Part shown: one piece after another, positions 28,778 to 37,322 of the stretch
How positions within the stretch are numbered: position 1 is the stretch's first letter
Layout of the letters: each line of letters opens with the position of its first letter
Source of the DNA: Bdellovibrionota bacterium
GTDB lineage: Bacteria > Bdellovibrionota_C > UBA2361
Assembly: GCA_044352465.1 (NCBI GenBank)
Contig: JBILDU010000012.1
Span: 1-42,622 of the forward strand
DNA: 42,622 nucleotides
Direction: 5' to 3'
Position numbers and translations under genes: made by a program
Notes under the pieces: generated by a model
Seen by the model: only the letters and a program-made list of their open reading frames with translations
Told to the model about the DNA's origin: nothing
Databases searched by the model: none

Positions 28778-30055
28778 CTACTCGTATCGCAACACGTCGC
28801 TCGGCTGGAGCGCACTTGCGCGCCTTGACGGATAGATCGTCGCCAAAGCGCAGATTAAAAACGCGACCGCGCCAACCACAAAAAAGTTCAACGGCTCGAT
28901 CCGAATCGGCAAAGTCGACATCTGAAAAATTCGCTCATCGAGGGGAAATCCGTAGCGCCGTAGGGCGAGACATCCCCCGAAACCAAGCAGAAGGCCGAGG
29001 ACCGTGCCGATCCCGCCGATCACAGCGCCCTGAATCTTAAAAATCGCAGCGATGCTGCGCTCGTTGGCCCCTAAGGTGCGCAGCACTGCGATATCGCGAC
29101 GCTTCTCAAGAACGATCATTATCAAGGTTGAAATGATCGAAAAACTCGCCATGACGACGATGAGCAGTAGAACGATGAAATAGACTTTCTTTTCGAGCCG
29201 AATCGCATCCCAAAGGGGCTTATTGGTCTGCGTCCAATCTTGAACGGAGAATCCAGCACTAATTCCACCGAGCAGCTCACCAATGCGCTGGGCCACCCGC
29301 GGCGAGTCGTCAATGTCCCGAACCCTAATGTCGAGGCCCGACACGGTGTCACCCATCTTGAAGAAGTTTTGAGCCTCCGGGAGCGACACGTAGGCGAGAC
29401 CACTCTCGTATTCAACGAGCCCCGACCTATACGAGCCCACCACAACGAAGCGTTTATAGCGGGGCACGAGCCCGAACGGCGATGAGGTCAACCCGGAGGA
29501 GAGGAGCGACACCGGACTTCCGGCAAAGAGGCCGAGGCTTTGGGCCAACTCCCGGCCCACGAGGAGCCCCGGAAGATCGACCGCCTGCTCTCCCCCATCG
29601 CCTCCCTCAATCGTAACCTGCGGCGGAGTAAATAATTCATCGATACGGCCATCCGGGACGTAACCCGCCACCTGGACCTCCCCCGCAGACCCCTGCGCGA
29701 CCCCACGAATCAATATGCCAGCCGACCCACTCTGGGTCCGAAGCAAGGCTTGGTGATAGGTAAAGGGCGAAACTGAAACGACCTCGCCGATTTTCCGAAG
29801 TTGTTCGGCCGTATCGCGCCACTGCTCGAGCTTTCCGCCCAACGGCTTCACCACGATGTGAGAATTCGCTCCCACGATCTTCTCCCGGAGCTCGTGTTCG
29901 AACCCGGTCATCACCGCCATCACGATGTTGAGCACCATAACGCCCAGAGCCACCCCGAGGATCGAGATCACCGTGATAATCGTAACGAACGCCTCCGATC
30001 TCTTCGACCAGAGATACCGCAACGCGATTTTTTTTGAGAAACGTAAACTCGGCAC
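28778..30055 (-). CDS. lolE: Lipoprotein-releasing ABC permease LolC/E
   Basis: IALRYL...ISILGVALGVMVLNIVMAVMTGF; EKRRDIAVLRTLGA; TIYPSRRAS. Confidence 0.92.
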   Translation of the reverse strand: MPSLRFSKKIALRYLWSKRSEAFVTIITVISILGVALGVMVLNIVMAVMTGFEHELREKIVGANSHIVVKPLGGKLEQWRDTAEQLRKIGEVVSVSPFTYHQALLRTQSGSAGILIRGVAQGSAGEVQVAGYVPDGRIDELFTPPQVTIEGGDGGEQAVDLPGLLVGRELAQSLGLFAGSPVSLLSSGLTSSPFGLVPRYKRFVVVGSYRSGLVEYESGLAYVSLPEAQNFFKMGDTVSGLDIRVRDIDDSPRVAQRIGELLGGISAGFSVQDWTQTNKPLWDAIRLEKKVYFIVLLLIVVMASFSIISTLIMIVLEKRRDIAVLRTLGANERSIAAIFKIQGAVIGGIGTVLGLLLGFGGCLALRRYGFPLDERIFQMSTLPIRIEPLNFFVVGAVAFLICALATIYPSRRASALQPSDVLRYE

Positions 30056-30148
30056 CGCCTGACCTTACCCGGGGATAATCGCACGCACGAGACGTTACGT
30101 AGGCATGGGAACGTGCGCGGGAATCTCCGACCCCGAAGAGATACTTGA

Positions 30149-31324
30149 TTACGAGCCCAGGGGCAAGTCTGCGGAATTTGGGCGTTTTATGAAGGTGTGG
30201 GACTCAAGAAAATCGCACACCGACCGAAAGGCTGACGAGCGGTGAAAAAGAGCGTCGTGACCCTCCTCAACCCAGGTTATCTGCGGCCTTCCCCAATGCT
30301 CCCACAGCGCCTGAGGATGCTCCGGGGGGACGATATGGTCCAACTTCGAGGCGACAATGAGACTGCGCGCCACCGGAGTTCGTAGGGGATTTTGAAGGGG
30401 CGAGTGCGGGTTAAAAACTGCCGTCAGGAGGTCGGCCGTTACCCCAGCCTCCTGCGCCCCGAGCTCCGGCCTTCCCGAAACGATTCGCCACGCCAAATCG
30501 GCCATCGAGACGAGGGGCACAACCGGGATACAGAATGCCAGCTCTGCTACCCCCGCCCACACACTCGCTACATACCCACCGAGGCTCATGCCGATCGCTC
30601 CGACGTTGTTCGCACCACGTGAACTGAGTACCCCGTGAAGCTCACGCAGGTCGGCGATCGCCTGAAACATAGCCTCGTTGGTGAGGGCGAGGTCGGTATT
30701 TGGAAACAGCACGCCGTTTCCAGCCTCACCGGAAGAGGCGCGTCGCCGACGGCCATGGAACGGCAACTCGAAAAGTACGACGTCGAGCCCCAACCGATAA
30801 AAGATACCCGGTAAAAAAGCGAGCGAATTAAGCCGTTGGTCCCCCATATTCCACCCGTGGATGCCCACGAGGGTAGCCGCAGCACCAGCGGTGTGCCGCC
30901 ACCAGCGAGCATGAACCGAGCGATTCTCCGGGTGGCGATCAAACGTCTCCCTGACCCGACCGGTCAGAGGGACATAGCTCGACTGAAAGACGAGATCCTC
31001 TATCACGCCGTCCTTCAGTCCGTGCACCGGTGTTGCCGAGACTTCCGCTGCCCCGATGCGGCGCGGCCGCGTGAGCGCCTCAATTGAGGGAACACGAGTA
31101 CCGACGAACGCCGCGTACGCCTCCCGAATCGCCTCAGGCTCAAAACGATTGAGCCCTGTGTGGGATGAAAATTGAAGGATCTGCCGACCGACGTAGGCCA
31201 AGGCACGATCGAGTTCGCGTCCACCGACGAGGGTCAGCCGCTCGAATTGGCTCAACCGGTTCTGGGGCGAGCCCAAGAAGCAAAAATCAGCTGGTTTATC
31301 GTCCGTCGGGTTCCCGGAACTCAT
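30149..31324 (-). CDS. Alpha/beta hydrolase
   Basis: GIHGW, LPFHGRR, nucleophile elbow GMSLGG, DHIVPP, GH. Start chosen at ATG 31324 (track: 31408). Confidence 0.85.
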   Translation of the reverse strand: MSSGNPTDDKPADFCFLGSPQNRLSQFERLTLVGGRELDRALAYVGRQILQFSSHTGLNRFEPEAIREAYAAFVGTRVPSIEALTRPRRIGAAEVSATPVHGLKDGVIEDLVFQSSYVPLTGRVRETFDRHPENRSVHARWWRHTAGAAATLVGIHGWNMGDQRLNSLAFLPGIFYRLGLDVVLFELPFHGRRRRASSGEAGNGVLFPNTDLALTNEAMFQAIADLRELHGVLSSRGANNVGAIGMSLGGYVASVWAGVAELAFCIPVVPLVSMADLAWRIVSGRPELGAQEAGVTADLLTAVFNPHSPLQNPLRTPVARSLIVASKLDHIVPPEHPQALWEHWGRPQITWVEEGHDALFHRSSAFRSVCDFLESHTFIKRPNSADLPLGS

Positions 31325-31542
31325 CGCACCAATCTCGAAACACGGCGTGCACACGCTCAGTGACGGGGTCGATATCCTTTTTGACGCCTCCCCCAAGATA
31401 TGATGCATCGCGAGCCCCTCGGGGAGCCTCTCTCGCAGCGCTCGCCGACAAGACCGGGCCCTCCGAGATTAGCTGGCGCAGCCCCGCGGGGGCGCTTTTG
31501 ACCATGATCAGCAAAAAGGAGCGAGGCTCAGAAAACTAGAAA

Positions 31543-32166
31543 CTAGCCGATGAACAGACAAAACTCACCCGAATCCGACAACGTCGTTGAATATCCGAGG
31601 AGATCGGAGCCGTTTTGTCCGGGCCGACATCCCGACAATCCCAATAAACGAACGAGCCTCAGAAGAGTGGTCTCGCGCGAGTCCGTAAGGCCTCCCGGCT
31701 GAACCAAAGCTGAGAACAGAACCTTCTCCCCTTCGCCAGTACCCTCAAGATGGCTTACGGTGACGGTAATACCGGCCCAAATTCCCCGCTCCACCCGTAA
31801 ACTTGCGTAATACTCAACCATCCCGACGAGAGTCCGACGACCGATATCCCAGCTGGCGCTCTCTGAGGCTAGCGCCAAGAGCGTCTCATCGGTGGGAGCC
31901 CGGGCGAAGAGGGTATCGTGAGGAGCCGAGGTAACCCAACCCCACAGCTCCTCAAAGGCCTCTCCATGAGGCTCCCGCCCGGTAAAAGTTTCGACAATGA
32001 ACTCTAGGTCGCCCCGCCCCATCCCCTGACAAACCATCGAGGAGATCGAGTCGATCCGGGCCCCTGTGGGAAGGGCGAACGCGGCCCCCTCGAAAGACGC
32101 CGCACCCTCCGGGGATTCCCCCCGCGGCCCCTTTTCCGGTGTGGGCAACGACTGATCTGGATTCAT
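31543..32166 (-). CDS. Hypothetical protein
   Basis: ~207-aa ORF filling the gap, with a promoter-like motif upstream; no motif recognised. Confidence 0.6.
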   Translation of the reverse strand: MNPDQSLPTPEKGPRGESPEGAASFEGAAFALPTGARIDSISSMVCQGMGRGDLEFIVETFTGREPHGEAFEELWGWVTSAPHDTLFARAPTDETLLALASESASWDIGRRTLVGMVEYYASLRVERGIWAGITVTVSHLEGTGEGEKVLFSALVQPGGLTDSRETTLLRLVRLLGLSGCRPGQNGSDLLGYSTTLSDSGEFCLFIG

Positions 32167-32216
32167 ACGGCTAACCAAGGATTTAAGCTCGACTGCGTCG
32201 AGACAAACACGCCAAA

Positions 32217-32225
32217 GTTATACCA
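32217..32225 (-). promoter_or_regulatory. Extended -10-like promoter (TGGTATAAC)
   Basis: TG-n-TATAAC on the minus strand, ~50 nt upstream of ATG 32166. Confidence 0.4.
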
Positions 32226-32291
32226 GAAAAAACAACGGTTTGAAAACCGGCGTTATCGACAAGGGCGACGACGAGCCTCCTCCGACCTCGA

Positions 32292-34118
32292 TTACACGAT
32301 ACCACGCTCCGGACACTGCTCTTGCCGGGGGCCCGCGACAAGCCAGGTAAGATCGTCCTCGACCCCAACGACCCAACGGCGGGCATCACAGTTAAACAAT
32401 TCCTCGAGTAGTTTCGGGCTAATATCGATGGCTTTCCCAACAACACAGCGGCGCGCACCCAGAAAGGCAGCCGTACGCTCCCCCAAGAGCCTCACCAGCT
32501 GCTCCTCCGAACAAGTTGAAATGAGCTCCCCAACGGTACACCCGGAGACGAGTAGCGCTTCGTCTCGAAGGGGTAACAACGCCTCCCGAAACCGGGCGCG
32601 AAAGGTCGTCGCGGTTTCATTGGCACCATCGCGGGAGCAAAGATCGATGAGGACCCCAACAGCAGCCTCGACGAAATGCTGCCGCCGCTCCTCGAGAAAA
32701 TGGTCGATACTCTCGAGTTCAATCGAATCGCGGAGGGCCAAGATGCTCCGCTTGACCACCTCCAACGGCGCATCGCGGCTCACCCGCAACGTGAGCGCCC
32801 GCCCGTGCGGCATGGTGCGCAGAAAATCTCGCACCACCGGAATTATTTCGGCCCGCGCACCTTCGTCCATCCGCTCCAACGTCCGAATCAGGATACCCGC
32901 TTCATCCACCGCGGGATTTTCCGCGCTCTCTCGCGCGGCTTTAATCGCCCTCGCGAATCCCTCACACACAGCGATCTCCATACCGAACCGAACGAGGTGA
33001 CTCACCTCCACTGCGGCACCGATCTCGTCGAAACTACGCCCCTCCTCGACCGCTAAGCGTACCAACGGGAAATGCTCGCCGGCTCGGTGGGGCAACATGT
33101 CGGTGTAGTGTGCCCCATCGGTCGCCATCTCAATAACCTCCGGGAACACGACACTGGTCGGGCCGTATCTGATGACATGAAAGCTCTCCGCCTCGCGGAT
33201 GAGCGCTCGGTCGATACCGTCCAAACCGCGAAAAAGATCGCGCGCGCCGAGACGCTGAAGCTCACACTCATCGAGGATCAACCGCTCGATGAGCGGAGGA
33301 GTATTACATCCGGGATCACACCGCCCGGTAGCTGTGACCACCTCCTCAGGCGTTCCACCCCAGCGAAAAACCCCATCCGAAAGACCGAACATCGCGCTCT
33401 CTCGCGGGGTGATAATCACAACCTGAAGAGTGCTCGCGAGAAATCGCTCCGCAGCATCGGCGGGGTGATAACCGGTCTCGTCACACAGATCGAGGTAAGC
33501 CCGCGCCGTCCGAAGGTGAAGTTCACGGAGAAACCGTGCGTTCATAAAGCTTCCGTTCTCACGAAAAGCTCCGGAACGATCGGTTACTAACTCCTCGGCG
33601 ATGGCAGCGACCGCGGCGGACATGATCGCCGCGGTGTGGTGCGCTAGCTTAACGGCGCTCACACCATCGGCGATAACACCGCAAAACGTACCGCTCGCCC
33701 GATCGATTCGATGCGCGTAACCGTCCTGACACGGGGCACCGGTCTCGTAATGATATGCCCCCCTCACCTTGAGCACGCCGCAATCGACCGCCAGTTCAAC
33801 CGCAGTCTCGGGCTCGGCTGGGACAGCGGGAATTGCCCCCCGGGTGCGGGCCGCCGCAACCGCCCGCTCAGCGCCACGACTGGAGCGTTCACTGATAAAC
33901 ATTTCGGCGAGTCTACGATCAAAAGGATGGGCAGTTCTTGGAGGAAAGACCCCTGCGCTTTCATACTGCGCCACCTCCCCGATGAGGCGCCCTACCGCAA
34001 TCGGGTCTAAATAGGAGCGCCCGGGGCCGAGAGGGAGCGATACTCCGGCGGCGTCTCTCCCACCAACGGTACCGGCCTTCGCGACACTATTCGGTTCCGG
34101 GGGGAAAGCTGGTGTCAT
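32292..34118 (-). CDS. PP2C/PPM-family (YegK/PphC-like) phosphatase with a large insertion
   Basis: RGAYHYETGAPCQDG, VIADGVS, ASTL, LSDG, MATDG and terminal EDDLTWLV appear in PPM motif order. Confidence 0.72.
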   Translation of the reverse strand: MTPAFPPEPNSVAKAGTVGGRDAAGVSLPLGPGRSYLDPIAVGRLIGEVAQYESAGVFPPRTAHPFDRRLAEMFISERSSRGAERAVAAARTRGAIPAVPAEPETAVELAVDCGVLKVRGAYHYETGAPCQDGYAHRIDRASGTFCGVIADGVSAVKLAHHTAAIMSAAVAAIAEELVTDRSGAFRENGSFMNARFLRELHLRTARAYLDLCDETGYHPADAAERFLASTLQVVIITPRESAMFGLSDGVFRWGGTPEEVVTATGRCDPGCNTPPLIERLILDECELQRLGARDLFRGLDGIDRALIREAESFHVIRYGPTSVVFPEVIEMATDGAHYTDMLPHRAGEHFPLVRLAVEEGRSFDEIGAAVEVSHLVRFGMEIAVCEGFARAIKAARESAENPAVDEAGILIRTLERMDEGARAEIIPVVRDFLRTMPHGRALTLRVSRDAPLEVVKRSILALRDSIELESIDHFLEERRQHFVEAAVGVLIDLCSRDGANETATTFRARFREALLPLRDEALLVSGCTVGELISTCSEEQLVRLLGERTAAFLGARRCVVGKAIDISPKLLEELFNCDARRWVVGVEDDLTWLVAGPRQEQCPERGIV

Positions 34119-34126
34119 ATAAAACA

Positions 34127-34135
34127 ATTATAGCA
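34127..34135 (-). promoter_or_regulatory. Extended -10 promoter (TGCTATAAT) 8 nt before ATG 34118
   Basis: Plus-strand ATTATAGCA is TGCTATAAT on the minus strand; only TGTTTTAT lies between it and the ATG. Confidence 0.65.
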
Positions 34136-34286
34136 GCGTCCCGTCCCCTTAAAGAAGAGAGCAGCCTGCCTCGCTTCACCCTTTCATTCTAGGACCGAAA
34201 GTGGTACAAACCTCTGGTTTTTTCAGCTATTTACCGGCAAAAAGCTCGATCAAAATTCGATTAAAGACATCTTCACAAAAAGCATT

Positions 34287-36017
34287 ATGCAAACCACCTC
34301 ACCACTGTCAGCCGCGGAACGAGAAGAGCTCGCAACCCTACTTTTTCCCGACGCCGCTAACCTGCCGACCGTTGAATCGCTGGAGCAGCGCTATCCTCTG
34401 CGGAACCTTGCGCCCGAAGCGATGGTAACCCGGGTTGCTCCAAGCCCGACCGGATTTGCCCATATCGGCTTCGTCTACACGAGCCTTATCAATCGTCGCT
34501 TCGCGCACCAAACCGGCGGTAAATTCCTCCTACGTATCGAAGATACCGATACGAAGCGTGAGGTCTCCGGTGCTTTTGAAACGATCATCAACACCCTTGC
34601 AACCTTTGGTCTCGATCCCGATGAGGGCTTTGTGCGGGGAAAATCGGCTCAGTTTGAGGAGATCGGCGATTACGGCCCCTACCTCCAATCCAATCGACGG
34701 GACATCTATCGAGCGATGACGCTCCACCTGATCCGCACCGGCTTCGCCTATCCATGTTTCTCGACCGAAGAAGAACTCACCCGGGCAAACGAGTTACAGA
34801 CCCTGCAAAAGGTGCGCCCGGGCTATTACGGTAAGTGGGCGGTTTGGCGCGATGCGCCTCTCGCAAAAATTAAATCGGCGCTCACGGAGGGCAAGCCGTT
34901 CGTCGTTCGCCTTCGTACCTTCGGCGACCCGACCCAACGGGTAACCTGGAGCGATGGAGTCAAGGGTGAGATGTCGATGCCGGAGAGCGACCTCGATATC
35001 GTGATCCTCAAGTCAGACGGGCAATCGCTCTACCATTTGGCGCACGCTATGGACGATCACTTTATGCGGATTACTCACGTCGTCCGGGGTGACGAATGGG
35101 TGTCCTCGGTACCGACGCACATCCAAATCTTCAAAGCCTTCGGCTGGCACCACCCCCACTATTCGCACCTCTCAACGATTCAGAAGCTCGAGATGGTAAA
35201 AGAACTCGACGAGGAAACGGGGCAAGAGGTGGAGCGCCAATCGAAGCGAAAGCTCTCAAAGCGCAAAGATCCTGAGGCGAATGCCGCTTACTATGCGGAG
35301 ATGGGGTTCCCGCCCGGAGCTGTTATCGAATATCTACTCAATATCGCTAACTCCGACTTCGAGGATTGGCGCCGCGCGAATCCGGACGCGCCGGACACCG
35401 GATTTCAGATTAAGCTTGGCAAGCTCTCCCCAGCCGGTGCGTTAGCTGACACCGTCAAGCTTGCAAGCATCAGCAAAGAAGTGATCGGCCGTATGCCGAT
35501 CGAGCATCTCCACACCGCGGCGGTGGGATGGGTCCGGCGATACGACGAACCGTTAGCGGCTCTCATGGAGCGGGACTCCGAATACACGCGCCGATGCTTA
35601 AACATCGAGCGCGGTGGGAAGAAGCCAAGCAAACGGATCGCCACGTGGAGAGACCTCCGTCCGCAGATCGGATGGCTCTTCGATGAGATATTCGGGGGCA
35701 TATCAACCTTCGACTATCCCGAGACGATCTCTCCGGAGGATCGCAAAGCGATCGTCGCGGAGTTCCTTAAAACCTACAATCCGACGGACGACCGCGATAC
35801 GTGGTTTGGCAAGTGCAAGGATGTCGCCAAAGCGCTAGGGTTCGCCGCTGAGATGAAGGAATACAAAGCCGCGCCGCAAAACTTTAAAGGGAGTATCGGT
35901 GACCTCACGATGGTACTACGGGTAGCTATCGCTGGTTCACGCCAAAGCCCCGACCTGCACGAGACGATGCAGGTCCTCGGATTAGAGCGTCTCAAGCAGC
36001 GGCTCATGAGGGTCTGA
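34287..36017 (+). CDS. gltX: Glutamate--tRNA ligase (long form)
   Basis: TRVAPSPTGFAHIG, LRIEDTD, YGPYLQS, AYPCF, DDHFMRITHVVRGDEW, KLSKRK, LRVAIAG. Confidence 0.95.
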   Translation: MQTTSPLSAAEREELATLLFPDAANLPTVESLEQRYPLRNLAPEAMVTRVAPSPTGFAHIGFVYTSLINRRFAHQTGGKFLLRIEDTDTKREVSGAFETIINTLATFGLDPDEGFVRGKSAQFEEIGDYGPYLQSNRRDIYRAMTLHLIRTGFAYPCFSTEEELTRANELQTLQKVRPGYYGKWAVWRDAPLAKIKSALTEGKPFVVRLRTFGDPTQRVTWSDGVKGEMSMPESDLDIVILKSDGQSLYHLAHAMDDHFMRITHVVRGDEWVSSVPTHIQIFKAFGWHHPHYSHLSTIQKLEMVKELDEETGQEVERQSKRKLSKRKDPEANAAYYAEMGFPPGAVIEYLLNIANSDFEDWRRANPDAPDTGFQIKLGKLSPAGALADTVKLASISKEVIGRMPIEHLHTAAVGWVRRYDEPLAALMERDSEYTRRCLNIERGGKKPSKRIATWRDLRPQIGWLFDEIFGGISTFDYPETISPEDRKAIVAEFLKTYNPTDDRDTWFGKCKDVAKALGFAAEMKEYKAAPQNFKGSIGDLTMVLRVAIAGSRQSPDLHETMQVLGLERLKQRLMRV

Positions 36018-36131
36018 CGGTCGAGTCCCCAAGCGCTCGATATCCGGACCATGTGAGGTGCCCGAATTTTTTGTGGAGGGGCAGCTAACCAGACGCTGGT
36101 GTGGCGATTTTTTTTAGGGGGGGAGGACGAA

Positions 36132-37079
36132 ATGCGGTCTTTTTTGATCAATCTTTACGTTGGTATCCCTGGGGCGATCGTCGGTTACTAGATCGCAACC
36201 GAGCTTTTAGGCGCGAGTCCCTGGTCTTTTGGCCTCGGAGTCGTGGTTGGTGCGGGGGGTGCGATGCAGCTATTTAGCTGGTGCCGTGGGCGCCGCGATG
36301 AATCTCTTCGCTCCCTTTTCCTCTGGCTTCTCGGTGTCGTACTCGGGTCGGCGGCGGTCCTCCCCCTACTCGATGCCCAACGGGGAGTCGTGCTCCTCAA
36401 CACAAGATCAACCGACGCTCTCGTTTACCCGGTACAATCCGAGAAACGCCCTGTAGCGGTGGTGGATTTAAGCTTTATCGGCTTCTCAGCGACTTTTGCG
36501 GAACGATACAATACCGACACGACACTTGTATTTAACTCCCCAACCGAATTCAACTACACCCAAATCGCCGCGCGAACACACGGCCAAACACTGCGCTGTT
36601 CCCTCACCGTGGGCCTTCCACGAAACCTCCTCGGGACGTTTCTTCCACCGGACACCATGCGCACCCGGATCGAGCTTCCCCTCTCCGCTGAGGCGAAGGC
36701 GAAGTTAAGGGAGGCGCGTTCGTCAGGTGTTGCGCATCCGGTTTTTGAACTGAATCCGAGCGATCTCGACCTTCAGCCGTCCTGGATAAGGCTCCACGAC
36801 GAGGGTGCCCCAGGAGGGCAGGAACGAGCGGAGCTCCCCGCGCCGGTAGATTTCATCCGCACCCCGCCTCACAGCGACACAGTGTTTATTCAGTGGCACG
36901 ACCACTGCTCAGTTTGGCTCGACGCCCTCAGGAGAGAGAGTCTCGGAGTTATGCTTCAGATCGCGGACCAAGAGCGAAAACCACTCCAAGTTCCCGCCGA
37001 GCTCCAACAGGGAATGGCCGCTGCCCTGTGCAAGCTGCCAGCCATAAACTGCCCAGTGCGTCCGACACGCGCCCCCTAA
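36132..37079 (+). pseudogene. Membrane protein gene interrupted by an in-frame TAG at codon 20 (36189-36191)
   Basis: GGAGGA RBS, ATG 36132, MRSFLINLYVGIPGAIVGY*IATELLGASPWSFGLGV, continuing in frame into the 36243..37079 ORF. It may alternatively be expressed from 36243. Confidence 0.6.
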
Positions 37080-37129
37080 TCGGCCCCCATCCAGAGGTCC
37101 GTCTCATAGCTATACAAAAGCCTTATACC

Positions 37130-37172
37130 GGCGGAATCGGCGCGGCAATCGAGGCCGCGCTCGTATTCCGCC
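37130..37172. other. Strong GC-rich hairpin (REP-like or terminator-like) between convergent genes
   Basis: GGCGGAAT-CG-GCGCGGC [AATCGAG] GCCGCGC-t-CG-t-ATTCCGCC: 17 bp with two single-T bulges and no adjacent U-tract. Confidence 0.6.
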
Positions 37173-37203
37173 CACGAGGATGAACACATTTCCAGACGAG
37201 AGA

Positions 37204-37322
37204 CTAGTCCTTCGACCAATAAGTTTTTTCACTCCCGCAGAGTGAAAAACTAACTCAGGACTAGTGGTGAGCATAAATTCTATTACCTTGCAGGTGAAAG
37301 AATTTAATGGTCGAACCACTAG
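37204..37322. repeat. Two inverted copies of a ~61-bp CTAG-bounded imperfect palindrome sharing a central CTAG
   Basis: CTAG at 37204, 37261 and 37319; each unit folds into a two-stem hairpin; the outer 29-nt arms match 24/29 as inverted repeats. Confidence 0.8.

Noticed and set aside
34128..34286. Switch from minus-strand to plus-strand genes as a possible replication origin
   Set aside because: I saw no DnaA boxes (TTATCCACA) and no dnaA/dnaN, and by eye the plus strand stays C-rich on both sides. It looks like an ordinary divergent promoter region.
36189..36191. Genome-wide TAG recoding
   Set aside because: TAG terminates lolA, thiL, lpxI, lolE and others at the expected protein ends.
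37204..37322. CRISPR mini-array or canonical integron attC
   Set aside because: The units are inverted rather than direct repeats with spacers, no cas or intI gene is in the window, and the GTTRRRY/RYYYAAC ends are absent.
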